Source: Eledone cirrhosa (Eukaryota). Taken from it: a stretch of DNA of 64,000 nucleotides. A program made the position numbers and the translations under genes. Shown in pieces: positions 27,305 through 41,698 of the stretch. Each line of letters opens with the position of its first letter. Positions within the stretch are counted from its first letter, which is position 1. The stretch spans positions 16,926,001 through 16,990,000 of the forward strand of contig OZ024747.1 of assembly GCA_964016885.1 (NCBI GenBank), in the 5' to 3' direction. The notes beneath the pieces were generated by a model. That model saw nothing but the letters and a program-made list of their open reading frames with translations. It was not told the origin of the DNA and ran no database searches.

Positions 27305-30300
27305 AATGATATTGTCATAGGAAGTGAAATGCTTACACCCTGGTACAAATCTAGTTTACATCTACATTTATTCTTGTAAAAACATTTCCCCATACTGATG
27401 CGAAGTATGTCGAGCAGTCGATTTTTTTTTTTGTGGTCGTCTCTATTCTTTCCCAACAGCAAAACATATAATCTGAAGCATGTGATTCCAGAGAGTAATA
27501 TATACAACGTTCATTATGAAATAACCATGTGATATAATTTAATTTCCATCATTTTTTGTCTCGGTAATTGGAACAACGTGGTCAGAATGAAGAAAAAAAT
27601 ATCTGATCACACGTTTATCAGTTAAGCTCCAAGCTATATTAACAGACTTTGAGAAACACACTTTATTTTGTTTTATATTATGTTTGTTTGCTTTGTTGTT
27701 GAGGAGAAAAAAGAAACAAAATTAGAAGACGAAATTACAGCCTCAATTTTGATAATACTTTATCATATTGAAATACGAAAATTGAAATAACACAAAAAAA
27801 ATCGATAATTGTTTTCTTTGTGATTATTTCCACAACTTTCCCCCCGCTATCGTATTGATAAGAGTCGATGTGAAAAATGTAGGAAGTTGAACATAATTAC
27901 GTGGCAGATTACAATACTTTGGCATCATTGTTGGTTTAGTGTTGTCGATAGTTTGTGTCTGTATTGAATATTGAAATAAATATACGTTGGGTTTTCTTCT
28001 AATTGAAGCGTTGTATTTGTGCCATTAATTTGAACAGGAATAAGTTGTTGAAGCAATTAGTTGTTTTAATTATTACATTGCAGAGTATGTTGTACTAAAT
28101 ATAAACGGTTTTCCATCTAGTCACACACATACTGCCACATGCAGTTAGAGCTAGGAGTTAGAGGCCGAATGGCGAATTAAACTTCAAATGTTAGGATCGA
28201 ATCAATTGTGGTATAACTGGGCAGTACAATAGGCTCTGTGTTACCTCATTAACATGATATATGCTCTGCCATATTGAACAGAGAACGAAGAAGAAATATA
28301 TTTAAAAACTATAATTTTCAGTTCAACTCTCATAAACATAACATGAGCCAAATACATCAGATACTATGTGAATAAAACATCCCTAGATGTTTCTATACCC
28401 GGATATGATATCGTAACACATGAGCACTTAACAACGTTAATTAATAATTATCAGAAAACGGTTTCTGTAAAATGTATTAACTTTTAAAACGAAGTAAGCT
28501 TTATAGAAGTAATACATTGATCAGGAATTTTCGTAACTATTCCTAGGACTTTAGCTGCATTAATGAAATGCGATTAATATGAAACAGAATTGATCTAAAA
28601 GAAGTCGAACATCACAATAAGTATAACGTTTAACTAGTTGTTCTGCGTTAATTAATTACGCTATATATATTTACCGGTTTGTTGTTATGAAGAATTAAAG
28701 GTGGTATGAAATAGTGTTTAAAATGTAAGTACTGAGATTCAAATGTATTTATTGAGAAAGAACTTAAGTGATATATTTATGTTACCAATATATATTGCCA
28801 CGAATGCTTGGTTTTTGTTTAGTACATTATAATTTCTCGGTAAATTCTCATCATACCGGCTCAATTTAATATTGAGTCTTTAAAAACGAATAGAAAAAGT
28901 GAAGACACCACTACAATACAAAAATGTTTATTCATTTGTCATCCGGAAATTTGAAACAATATTCAAATCCTCGGATGATTTGTGTTACAGGAGTATTTAC
29001 AACAAGCAAATATATTGATATGATTTCAGGTGTTTGTATTACGGTGTGAATGCGTTAAAGAGACGTCACTTCACTATAATGTATGAGCAACGACAGCCCC
29101 CTTAACAAGGCAGCCTGTCATATCTATATATGTATTTTTTCGCCAGTATTGGCTTTTGATAATTACAAATGATTTTAGTCGGTATATTAATCGTAGCCTA
29201 GTTGAATGGAAACATTGTAATGTAGACTCCCCTATTGCTATTATTCCTGTAAATACTCTGGTCTGTAGATAAACTCTACCTCATAACTCAGTTATGGAGA
29301 CCTTAAAGGAATAATAGTTTCATTCGCATCTTCTCTAGCTACACTATTACAAATAGAGATGAAAAGACATGATCGGCATAATATGTGATTTCAGGATGTA
29401 AAAGCGAAGCAACTGAATATCTTTTTAACTTCCCCTCTTACAATTTTGCCAATCCATTGTTCTACTCTCTAAGCATATTGTTACGAAGTGTAATGGTTAC
29501 ATTTTGCGAGCATATTGATTTGTCATCTATCGATCAGAGATGAACTACTAATACTTAAATATTAGCGTTTCAATTCGGAATGTGGGACTAAATACCGCAT
29601 GAAATATATCCCAGTAGTGCATGGCGTTTTTCACCCAAACGTTATTGATAAAACAAATAAATGCTAATTTGAAACGTTTAACTTTGGCAAACCCACTTAC
29701 TGCTGAAGCAGTATAAGAAATATAGGAATATTATTGTAATTGAATTGACAAATTATATACATGGGTATATATGAGCAATTTTGCATGTTCTGTAATCTGG
29801 GAAAACAATATTTATTTTTCATAATTTAGAAATTCACTCTCATTGATTTTAACTTACATTGTTTAAATTTGCAATCGCGATAAAAAAAAAAAAATAATAA
29901 GATTTCAGCGATAACGGCCTTCATCCCAATTGCGAAATTATAACGCTTTATATTTTTGTCTTAATAAAATAAAAAAAATATACGGGCACTTAAAAGAGAT
30001 ACTATGTAATTTCAAATAAATATCTGTTAATAACGCAAATAATGAAGGGAACATTTCTAATCCAGAACGCAGCAGTTGCAGCGAACACTCAACACAAACA
30101 TATGCATTATATATAGTTATTACTTTTATTTTTCGAGAGATGAGGAGGTAGTTAAAACAGAGATTTACTGTTGTCATAATGCTAATATATTGCGCAAACA
30201 AACGATATAAGAAGTTGCAGTTATATATTATATTAAGGCATTTAATTCTATTATTTCAAAATTAGTTTTTCCGTTTGTTGTTTCAATACAGGTCAACGAA

Positions 30301-32644
30301 AATGAATGATAAATGCTGTAGTTTTACGAACAACAGAACAGGCTGCTCATGCAAATAACGGGTATCTAACCTAGTATTCCACAGATCCATGCACGTTCAA
30401 TGAAAACGCTCAGGATGATACAGTATGAAACCTTGTATGATAAGCCTAATATTTGGAATATAGCTACAGTCTATTTGATGGATATTCAAACCCATTCTGT
30501 CTACTCAATTTCATTTACAAGGCATGGGTTAACATGCGGCTATTATATATGGCACTTGCACAAGCTGTCACCCTGTGGGATCGAAATTAGTGCTCATTGA
30601 TTGCGAAACGAACATCATATATATCCGGTTATTCTGTGTCAACTCCGTAAATACACTTTATATGAGAAGACGTATTTGCAACGGCTTTACGGACAGGGAC
30701 ATTTCGTGGGTTTTGTTTTCGTTTTGTATTCAAAATATATTATCTAATATGAAGTCGGTGAAGTGTAGGAGATATTGCCGCTTATATTTGCCAAGTAGAG
30801 CCACCATGTTTACTAGATTAAATAACATGCGGTGTTTTTTACTCTGAAAACAAATAACTCGATTGTAATAATTACATTACTTACGAAATTAAGGTCATTT
30901 GTGAGATTAGAACAATAAAAGACGGATATTAGTCTGTGTTTAAATCGATATTTAGAAGATTATCAAACAAAATAAAAGATAAAGCACTACGTGTATACAT
31001 TGCTATGATGATACGTCCTACGTATAATTAAACTAAACTAGACGTATGTGTAATGAACTGTACTAGTCTCTTAATGAGGCCCTATAGCATCATAGATATC
31101 TAGAGAAAATCTTTGTAATGATCTGTTATTGCGTGGGAATTTGTTCATGATATTATCTATATTTTATCATTGTTTTTGTAATTGTTCTTTTGTATAATTT
31201 CGGAGAGAACACCTGTGTACAGACTTCGAGATAAAGCGAAATTTAATTTTAAAATTTACTATTAGTGATTCGTGAGTCGAATAATTCTATTTTTTACTAC
31301 TGGCAGTAATAGTGCTGCTATTTCAAATAACATTAGAATGGCGAAGGAGACGATACGTATTTGAGTGAAACAAGTGAAACAACCCCTGAATGTGAGGAGG
31401 TAATATTTACCTCGGTGGAAATGGAGCAAGCACTTCACTGCTATGAAACAATTATCCCACTGATCAACTGTACAGCAGTACTGGCAGTAAGGAACTGCTT
31501 ACAAAGATCGTCCTATCTTATGCCACACTGTGCTTGGTTGTATATTCATATTATCTCAGTTTAATCTCTGCCAATATTCCCTTTCTAGTTCTATGAAAAA
31601 TACCACTCAAATACAGGTGGTCAATGGAATTACCGTTCGGATTCTTTTTTTCTGGCCTTGCACCTGAATTAGAAATTCTTAGCAGTTGTATTATTGTTAC
31701 ATTTGATCAAAATATCTATTTCATTTCGTATAAGTAGAAGGATGAATTCACAACCTCTATTTGAATAATGACTATAATTTTAGCTATATTCTTAAGACAT
31801 ACGACGTAAAACGTAACTTGTTCTATATTATCGAGAATAGAATAATTATTTCTTACAGCTGAAGTACATTATATATTTCTAGAGAAGAGTCAGAACAGTA
31901 ATGATAATGTTTTTACGAGCATTTTCGAAAATCGTTTCGATTATTTATTGGGTATAATTGAACACTTAAGGACCTATGGTGATAACATTAGTTTCCATTT
32001 ATGCTGTCATTTTGATTTTGCTTGTTTTCAACAATCTTACAAACTTTCTACTTGAACAAATATAACACAAATGATATTTTATAATACCATTAGATGATCT
32101 CTTAAATTTCTACTAAATGGATAACAGAATATATAATCAACCCACATTATAGCTTTAGGGCTATATATAATATGCAATTACGATGAGATTGTTTGAAATC
32201 TCAGTAATTTGCTTAGAAACGTACAGCTATAACAGATAATGCTCATAGGTGTATTTCAATGCATGAAATACTGAAAACTGATTTGAAATTCTAGTATGAC
32301 ATAATTCAGGAACAATAGAGAACTTATACACGTGTTAAATATACAAAATAGAATGCCCTCTTGAAACATTCCCAGAAATCAAATGTTGTTTATGAATTGA
32401 AGTAAATTGTTGGCCAGGTGAATTGGCCTCTACATATATTTACTGTAAGAGAACTATGATCGCAGATGCAATTGGTACCAACATTTAAACGACATTAAAT
32501 TTATTTTAAAGTTTGGAAACAGGCTGATCAGTGTAACCACTGTTGAGATTGATGGGGATGTTACTAATATTTTCAAGTAATGAAGTATAAATAATGTAGA
32601 AGTTAGGTAATTACCTAAATTATTTGATTTTCACTCTATTCTAG

Positions 32645-32707
32645 AGTTATCGGAGACATTGTTCCTGTTGACATGCTGAAAGGATTATTCCGCACACTGG
32701 CGGTCAG
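32645..32707 (+). CDS. Candidate 63-nt symmetric (phase 2-2) exon of an unidentified host gene: VIGDIVPVDMLKGLFRTLAV
   Basis: Acceptor ttttcactctattctag, strong donor CAG|gtaagt, raised GC, length a multiple of 3 and an open frame. No partner exon identified. Confidence 0.45.
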
Positions 32708-32987
32708 GTAAGTAAAGAACTGATGCTCTGTACTATACAATAGATATTTACAATAAATAAAATACATTATTTTTTTTTAGCGAAAACTAATTTCTACTGA
32801 TTCGTACATCGAAAGTGGTGGGAGAGAAAACTTACCATAAAGAAAATATAAGGAAAATGTACTGATTTTTACAACAAAAAGAAGGATACCAAGAAAGAAA
32901 ATATCGACCACTGATGCAAATGCGCTGAAACGAAAGCTACGCCAGAGGCAGTCATATGCATGCATGTATGTATAAGTGTGTCTGTGC

Positions 32988-33024
<37 letters not shown>

Positions 33025-33249
33025 TTTATTCCATACTTTCTGTGCGTTTCTGGGTCAGTAGAGGTGATACCAAAAGTGCCGTTCTATGCTAAATCGGAGT
33101 TTATGTGATAAATATAACGAAACAAACTTCCACATTAATGTATTTATTGATTTTCGATTTTTTTGTTTGACAATTCTGACAAGCAGATTCATGCTGAAGT
33201 CAGGCCTATAAAACACATATGGACATCGTAGATTGCCCTCCGTGATATA

Positions 33250-33445
33250 AACCCGGGTAAGGTGATTTTTCTGAAGACAAATAGCCGCCCATGCATGTCA
33301 TTCTCCCTTTTCCACGCCACCGACGTTTCTCAAGAGAAAAGCAAAGACTGATGCAACATGGCACCATTGAGGTCTCAACTCATTTCTACAGTCGGATGAA
33401 CTGAAGCAACGTAAAATACAGCGACTTACTCAAGGACAAAACATA
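33250..33445 (-). mobile_element. Degenerate SINE (second octopod-type family)
   Basis: GCCCATGCAT...TTTCCACGCCACCGA...GGCACCA...CAACTCAT...GCAACGT shared with 55565-55773 and 38261-38397. Confidence 0.6.
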
Positions 33446-34148
33446 TCGATGTATTTCCATATAATTATATTCTTTTTTTTATATTGTTTTTGTTGTTACA
33501 GATAGTGTTAAATTTTGTTCCTATAAAATGATTGAGTAAACCTCAATACAAATCTACGATCACTATATCGATCAAAAGAAAAGACCTGTAACTACGAGAA
33601 TGAACTGTCTCTATAGTGTATTTGGTTGTTGCAGTTATACTGGTGATATACGTTTTCTTTCTTGGTGGGAGTGGTTACCTGCATATATATCTATGTATTT
33701 GTGTATCGGTGAATGTATAATTATACACACATAAACACACACACAGACACGCACAAATACATAATTATATACATATATACGTTATAAATAGCACAATACC
33801 TTATCATAGTCGTCACGTAAAATTTGATGTGTACTTGTTATGGTTTAATCGATGTATTTATTGCTTTGTCTTGTCTTTCATTCTACGGACAACACTTTGG
33901 CTTGTTTGTCAGGCGCTATGACAACGGTGAAACCAGCAGTACCCTCGATAGCAGTCGAGACTGCCAAAGTTCATCTCGACGGCAAAAGCCCATGGAAACC
34001 TGTGATTCCCATTTAAAAGAGTATTTTTGTTCTTTTCGTGTCGCTTTGTTTTCTGTCATTGCCTTCTCTTTGTTAATGTTCCTAGTGTTATAATATACAT
34101 ATACATATATATATATATATATATATACATATATAGATATACACACAT

Positions 34149-34202
<54 letters not shown>

Positions 34203-34272
34203 GCAATACACACATGTGTGTGTGTGTGTGTTTGAGTGTATGTCTGTGTGTGAGGGTGTGTTTGTATAAAAG

Positions 34273-34317
<45 letters not shown>

Positions 34318-34321
34318 ATGC

Positions 34322-34363
<42 letters not shown>

Positions 34364-37300
34364 TCATCGAAGTGATATTGAATACAATAAAATTAGTCAT
34401 TTGAGCTAGTCGATAGTTAGCGAGCCTCAGGCGAAAATATTATGTCTGAAACCAACTTTATATTGGAATTTTCAGTTTGGCGTAATGAAGTATTAATACA
34501 ATATACTACATAAGTAGTGACTGCTCATAGCTTTGTTTATATAAGTTAATAACTGGTACGACAGGGGTGTGTTAGAGGAGGTATATGAGCGCGTGTATAT
34601 ATTTGTAGATAAAACAATATGTGAATTCGCTATAATAACAGAAAGCAATTTTTTTGTATAAACGTGTTTGCTTAATTTATATAGATATTACAAAGCATTA
34701 CATTCAGAGTCGGAGAAAAGTATTGGCAGCAGGTTTAGTCTAATCCAAAAGTCCAAAGTAAGTTAATATTTCAAACCAAACTACAATCGACATTTACTTT
34801 CATTTCTCTGAAACATTTATATATGTAGCATTAATTAATGTAATTCCGATATCTAGTGAAACGACAGATAAATAGTTGGAATCTTTTCCCCAAATCTCAA
34901 ACAGGCGCATGTTTCTTTGGTGAAATATTTAAAACCAAAAATGCCGAAGTAGCTGGTAAACGTATTACGATGATCTAGAAAATACAAATAGTCACAGATC
35001 TGAACTGCTAATTTATTTAACGACTCCAAAAATAAGAAAACCCAAGTTAATGTTTGTTGTATTTGATCTCGGGATCCAAAGTACCGTGATAAATACTACA
35101 GATTACACAGAATAACAATTACTTAACATGCCCTTTTCTAAGACGATAAGGTTTCATCTGACAGTCGCTCGGATTCTATTTAAAACAGCTACACCTGGCA
35201 TTTGCATTCCTCTTTGTTGGCAAATTAAAAACTAAATCCATCTCACTTCTTTATTTACCCTTCATACCCTATCAGGAGGTTAAAGTCCAAAGTTAACATA
35301 GTGATTTGATAAAATGATTTGTATTGTATTGTGCGGTGTGTCATATTTGGAGCAGGTGACTATTTTTTGCATCCGTATGTATTTTTTCTGTAGGTATCTA
35401 ACAAGAAAGCGAACCAACCATTATTATATGATTATTCTACGAAATCTCTCGATAGACAATATTTATGTGCCAAACAATGCAAATCAAATTAGGAACTAAT
35501 TAGTTTTCACCAAAATAATTTACACAATAAAATTACCATTATCCCTAAGTAGCAAGGTGTTTCTAAAGTAAATATTCAATGAAATAAGTTAATAATGAAT
35601 TGTTGTGCTGATCTAATATTATTTTGTTTATAGATTAAACAGTTCAACAAATATAAAACACGGAAGTCTAGGTTTTCTTCTGTTCATCTTTAAACAGCTA
35701 ATATATTTGTAGGTTTTAGTTTGACCTATAGATTAACGACTAAATAGGTTTCGCTCTAGGAATAGATGATGAAGAAATGTAATTCGTATATTTAACTATT
35801 TATATTGTTCATTAAATGGTAAATAGTGGATTAAGAGGGCACCAGACTAGAGAAATAGTTAATTAATTCATATCAATGTATCAATACTATATATTCTCTA
35901 GACACGACGGATGGTCTCTCATCTATTCCTGAAGCACCTATATGTATTTAATTTACTATGTTTGTAATCACAATGAGGCATTATGCCTAGACTCACTCTT
36001 TGCTTCTCTAGTGTGGAAATACATCTGGTTTATTGCAGCTATATATTCGGACAAAATGATTGAGCTTCACACCGCTCCTCGGACGAATAGAAATGTCATG
36101 AACTCTGTCAATGCTTTCAGCTTAGAGTGTACTTAGAATGGTATATGGTACCATCTTCTGGATGCAATTGTAAATAAGGAAACAGTATGTATCCAAATTA
36201 TAACGGCTCAAATCTCGACAGTTACCATTGATGCCCTACCTTTCTGACATATACAAAGTCTCTATTCATAACTACTTAAGAGTAAATCCTCATACATTTA
36301 CATTAATTCAGGGACAATTCTTAATGTTGAGAAACTTGAAATATATTGTTTGCTTTTTTACAAAAGTTCTAATAGTATAGATTGATAAGTTAAATCTCTT
36401 AATCTATTGTGTGTTTCATTTTATATAAAACAGTGGAATCTAATTTGAGTAATTTAAATTCCAGCTCTTAGCAAATCTAGCGAAAACATAGTCGAGTTTT
36501 AGTTCTTTAGTACTAGACATATTAACGCGTTTGTACAAAAACCTAGCCATAATTTTAATGGATGATTTTGGTGTTTCCATTTCTAAATTCACCTCTACTT
36601 GTCGTAGAGGTAAGAATAAATGAAATTCACTATGGCATATTGCACCTAGCTACTACATTGTCAATGTCGCAAGTATTCTGTACTTCATAATGGTATAATT
36701 TCTTAGTATATTTGGCAACATTTATATTGCTAAAATTGTCTAATTGAGTCTATTAATGAATAAACTGATTCCTTAAAATGTGTTCATAGAACCCCTTTAA
36801 ATATGTATATAGAATATTTCATTTATCATTATTAATATAATTATATCCTTCTATGAGGAGAATATAACGGTTGCAAGAATATTCATGAATTGTTTATGCA
36901 TTGATGAATAAATATTTTAGGCATTAGGCGATAATTGTGTTATGAATTCCCGTTTGAAGCATTACTGGCAGTGATACTATATACAGAGCCTTTGACATCA
37001 AACCTGATATCAAAGAAGAATGTACGTTATACTTTGTGAGTGCGTATATGAATATGAGGCTATTCTTCAAAGTAAAGTTATAATGCCTATACGTTTTGAT
37101 ATCGCTCATATTCTTAGGATGCGCATCTGCTACTCAAGTTTGTTAAGTTCATTATAGAAATCTTCATTAGATCATTGCATACATCGTTGAATAGAACATT
37201 TCTATGAGTAGAAATGTTCATATCAACTTTCAAATATTACAATCAACAATAATACTGGCACCATTGAAAGCAGCACATTATACATGCACACACTCACACA

Positions 37301-37391
<91 letters not shown>

Positions 37392-37860
37392 TAATAAATT
37401 ATCGAGAATCGGAATCTCGGCCCACGAAATAACGAAACACAAACTTCGAAATGCATGGCAAAGGGCTCAATAGTTTGGATAAACCAGAGCTATAACTATC
37501 GTTTAAATACCAACACATAGAGACAATGCTTAAAATCATTCGCACAACCGAAAAAACGACCAGGAAAATTCGGGTCATACAAATAATAAATTAATAAATT
37601 AAATGAATGAACAATCTTACCCGGACCCACAGAAGGATGTTAAATTCTAGCTTTTGGGGTTTGTGCGGTTCCTTAATCAATTACCCTCAGCCTACATAAA
37701 CATATATCTGACTTCTGGCAAAAAGATGAACGAGGAAACCACTTTCTAAGCAGGCATTTCGTTCAAAAATACAGAGGCACCCGTTACTAAACGCATGTGG
37801 GGTCCAGCAAGGGAGGGAACCCCTATATTAGGCGAATGAATTCAGTAGTGTATATATTTG

Positions 37861-37892
<32 letters not shown>

Positions 37893-38260
37893 TAAATATA
37901 TATATATAATAAAAAATTATATATATATATAAATTAAAACAATGAAATAAAAAATCAAGTCATTAGATATATACTTCACTGCTTTACGATCGTTTCTAGA
38001 TGATGATAATACATTGTATCTATACTCAGTTATTGAGCTATGTAAGTTTACAAACTATCAGATAGAGAGAATATTTACTTACATGTATATCACCAGCTGT
38101 TTTAACTTATATCATGACTCTGTTTTCCTTTTAATGTTTTATTGTTTTCTGAGATTTATCTTAACTTACAACATTTTCAACATATGGATTACATCGAGTT
38201 CTTCATGCAGAATAGATCCCACAACTTACAGTGGATACCTCTGTGTATATATATATATAT

Positions 38261-38397
38261 AAACCCCCTTCGGTCACGAATGACCAAGGGATTGGCTCCT
38301 AGAAAGCTACTCTCCAAGCACAAGGCAGGTTTTTAGTGGAAGACCAGCAGTCGACCATGCATACTAGCCTCCCAGCTCCACACCACCGACATGTTCA
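38261..38397 (-). mobile_element. SINE 3' end in (TA)n (left member of an inverted pair)
   Basis: AAACCCCCTTCGGTCACGAATGACCAAGGGATTGGCTCCTA...GACCAGCAGTCG. Confidence 0.7.
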
Positions 38398-38461
38398 CCC
38401 TATTACAGAATCGTCAGAAGATGTATATATATATATGTATATATTAAATGAATCGTCAGAA

Positions 38462-38499
<38 letters not shown>

Positions 38500-39192
38500 C
38501 TCATTCTTTGATGTACTCATTGAATCTTGTTTAACTCTTTAATATATATATATATATAGGTTTATAAAAAAAAATTACGTTTATTAAAAAAAAGCCTTGG
38601 TGAGCCCCTTTTTTTAAGTAAAAAGAAATTCAAACACACACACACAAGACACACACACACACACACATACACACATACACACAAGCACACAAATAAACAT
38701 ACATATCTTTACTTTCTTTATTCAATAGAAAATCTGAATTCTGACACCCCACTGAACCAGAACAATTCTCCCATCCAATTTCTCTTGACCATTATCTTTT
38801 ACATATCATAAAATTCTCTAAAAAGGCTACAGAATGGATTTCCAAATAAGGGCGCGAAAATTTAATGAAAACTTGTTCACGTGACAGCCATAATTTCATT
38901 TATAACCAATCACATTACGTTTATTAAAAAAAAGCCTTCGGGAGCCCCCCTTTTTTTAAGTAAAAAGGAATTCAAACACTCATATATGATAAAACAACCT
39001 GTGACCCCCCCCCCCTTGTTTGAAGAACTTTGTAACGCGAACTGGCGCGAAATTTATTATAATTATTGACCAACCAATCAAATTACTTCTCGAAAAACCT
39101 GGCATTTCGAGCCACTTTTTCCATATAAAACAAGTAACATTCAGAGACCAACCAGATGTGAGAAAAACCACAGACACTCCATCTCAACTCTA

Positions 39193-39229
39193 CTTTTGAA
39201 AAGCAGAAGAACTTCGAAACCGGTAAAGG
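39193..39229 (+). ncRNA. Minimal hammerhead with U3-A8 core (family J copy 2, element ~38559-39362)
   Basis: ctt TTGAAAA gcag-aagaa-cttc GAAAC cg GTA|aagg; downstream AAGACTCCAGTTGCATTTTC shared with copy 1. Confidence 0.62.
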
Positions 39230-39384
39230 AACCAAATAAATATATATATTTTTTTAAATAAGACTCCAGTTGCATTTTCGATTTCATCTTTTTTTCTTTA
39301 TACTTTCACTCGTGTAGGACACCTCGGTTATTTTTCATTTTGTAAGAAAAAACTCACTTTCTAATATATATATATATATATATA

Positions 39385-39485
39385 CACAGGGGCGACTGCT
39401 GGTCGTCCACAAACAACCTGGCTTGTGCTTGGAGAGTAGCTTTGTAGGAGCCAATCCCTTGGTCATTCGTGACCGAAGGGGGTTT
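39385..39485 (+). mobile_element. SINE 3' end in (TA)n (right member of the inverted pair)
   Basis: Reverse complement of 38261-38355 with few differences. Confidence 0.7.
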
Positions 39486-39987
39486 ATATATATATATATA
39501 TAATTTTTTTTTTTTTTACATATAAACAACACAATATAACTCTTCCATTGCCAAATGTTTCAGGAAACTAGACGATCCTTACAAAAACATCCGGCTGGTT
39601 CATCAGATGAAACAGTTATGTTTTGGATTATGTTTACTCCAGGATCCTTTAGTTTCTTGAAACCTTCTGGTATTGGAATAATTATATATATTTATGTGAT
39701 TAAATAGCTCTGTATTATTCATAGAGCACTCTTCTTTCCTTTACCTTTTCTATGGAAATACCTAACCCATAATATATATATATATATATAGGCGAATTTG
39801 AGGAGGCATTGTTAAAGTCTAATCGCCGAGGTCAAATTTGCCTTGCATCCTTTCGTGGTACTGGGGGTCGATTCAGGGCTTTACCACTTTTACAATTGTC
39901 ACAACAAGGATTTACATCTCAACCCTAGAATTTGCAGTCCAAACGGCAAAAGCTCAGCCTCTGGGCCCGGACTTTCTATTATATACA

Positions 39988-40050
<63 letters not shown>

Positions 40051-40052
<2 letters not shown>

Positions 40053-40403
40053 CGAACAAGTGTGGTAAGGAACCAGATGGACCATAACGTACCAGAGTAC
40101 TCAATACTTAGGGTAGTAGAGTGGGTAATAGGAACATTCTTAACCCCGACGACAGAGCTCAAGCCGTTTCGACGTAGTATTGTTATACTTGGCGAAGGTC
40201 ATATTGTTGTATAATATTGCCAGAATAATAACAGAACACACTCATTGTTTGGTTAGTTTTCGCTTCTGTATCTGTTATATCTCCATAGTAAATTCATTTC
40301 GCAATCAATTTTTATCATTGATTGACCAACGGTCAAAATTACAGATATAAATATATATATAGTCTATCAAAGATCTTTCGTTGCACATCTGCAACATCAT
40401 CAA
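40051..40403 (-). mobile_element. Family L tail and partial arm (40051-40174) abutting a family A arm (40178-40403)
   Basis: GTGGTAAGGAACCAGATGGACCA...GCCGTTTCGACG then TATTGTTATACTTGG...; family A HHR remnant at 40367-40403. Confidence 0.8.
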
Positions 40404-40965
40404 TGTTACTATTATTATGATCCCTCCTATTGTATTGTATTGTAATGTATACGCCATTTTTATTTTATTTTATAATATATATATATAATGTGTGTTTGTG
40501 TCTGCATGTGTGCGAGATGTGTTAGGTTATTGGTAGGTTATTGTATAATGTATGTGTTGTGCGCCATTGAATTGAATGTATTTGCGTAATATATTGACTA
40601 CACCTTGCGGAACTAATTTTTGAAACGTGTTTAACTCTGTGAACCGTGTTATAGATTATATGTTTTGTTCATTTTGTTTTAGAAGATTCTTTTGCGCCAA
40701 TCATTGTTGGTATTGTTTTTACTTTCATGCGATACATTCCCACCCCTTTTCTTTGTTAATTTTGATTATTTTTCATTTTTTGTTTAATTTCTATGTTGTT
40801 TTTATTTTTGGCATATAGAATCAGCATTTCTGTTTCTACATTTTTGTTTCTACATTTCTGTTTCTACTTTCTCTTTCTACATTTAGTTGAGAACTTTTGA
40901 GTCATTTTTTCCTTTTACTTTGTCCTATTTCACCTGTGTTACCCTTGCAGTATGTCAATTATAAA

Positions 40966-41011
40966 AATCTTTTGTGACATCAGTCCTGGAATTTTTCTGG
41001 CGCACCTCGTA
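40966..41011 (-). mobile_element. Tc1/mariner-type TIR fragment
   Basis: Reverse complement of 779-824 with 3 mismatches. Confidence 0.55.
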
Positions 41012-41698
41012 TATAGAGTGAAGTGTGTTTTCATGTTCAATTATTGCATCTATAGCCTTTCATTTCATTGCTTCTATATAATTTCTAGCCCTACTGTTGA
41101 GATTCTGCATTTGTTCTAGATTTGCATCTGATTATCCTTCTGCATTCAGTAGTGTCTTTATCTGCTTGTGACAATGTGAACATGAAGAAATCCGAGGAGT
41201 TGATGAAAAACACCGGTAACAAAAGAATGAATAGAACTCAAGAAATGTTGAAGGAAAGCTCGACATAAATGCCTCTGGATGTCAAGATAAAATCTACTGT
41301 CCTTTGAAAGGGAAACAAACATCTCATAAAGAAAATAAAGGTGGTATGTTGCAAGGAGATTGTCAAGATACATTAATATGCGAAAAATGAATTGAATGTG
41401 AATGCAGAGGCTGCTAAAGTGACAGATCTATAGTAAAAATAATAAAAAAAGATTAATACAATCTAATGGATGTTTATGCAGTAGACGTGAAATCCTGTTC
41501 GATTTGTACCACGCTAAGAAATGTAATGGACGTACGTGATTATACTAAATCCAGATATGAAGAGTTACAAGCATGAGCAGATTTAGAATGATCTATATTG
41601 ACTTCAGCAATGAGGTGCAATCACGAAATAGTTATGTATATAAAATTTAAATATTATTTTTTTTTTTGTTTTGTTTTTACGCTGTGCTTATTATTATT

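Noticed and set aside
40826-40884. 14-bp tandem (ATTTCTGTTTCTAC) as a CRISPR-like array
   Set aside because: No spacers and eukaryotic context; simple minisatellite.
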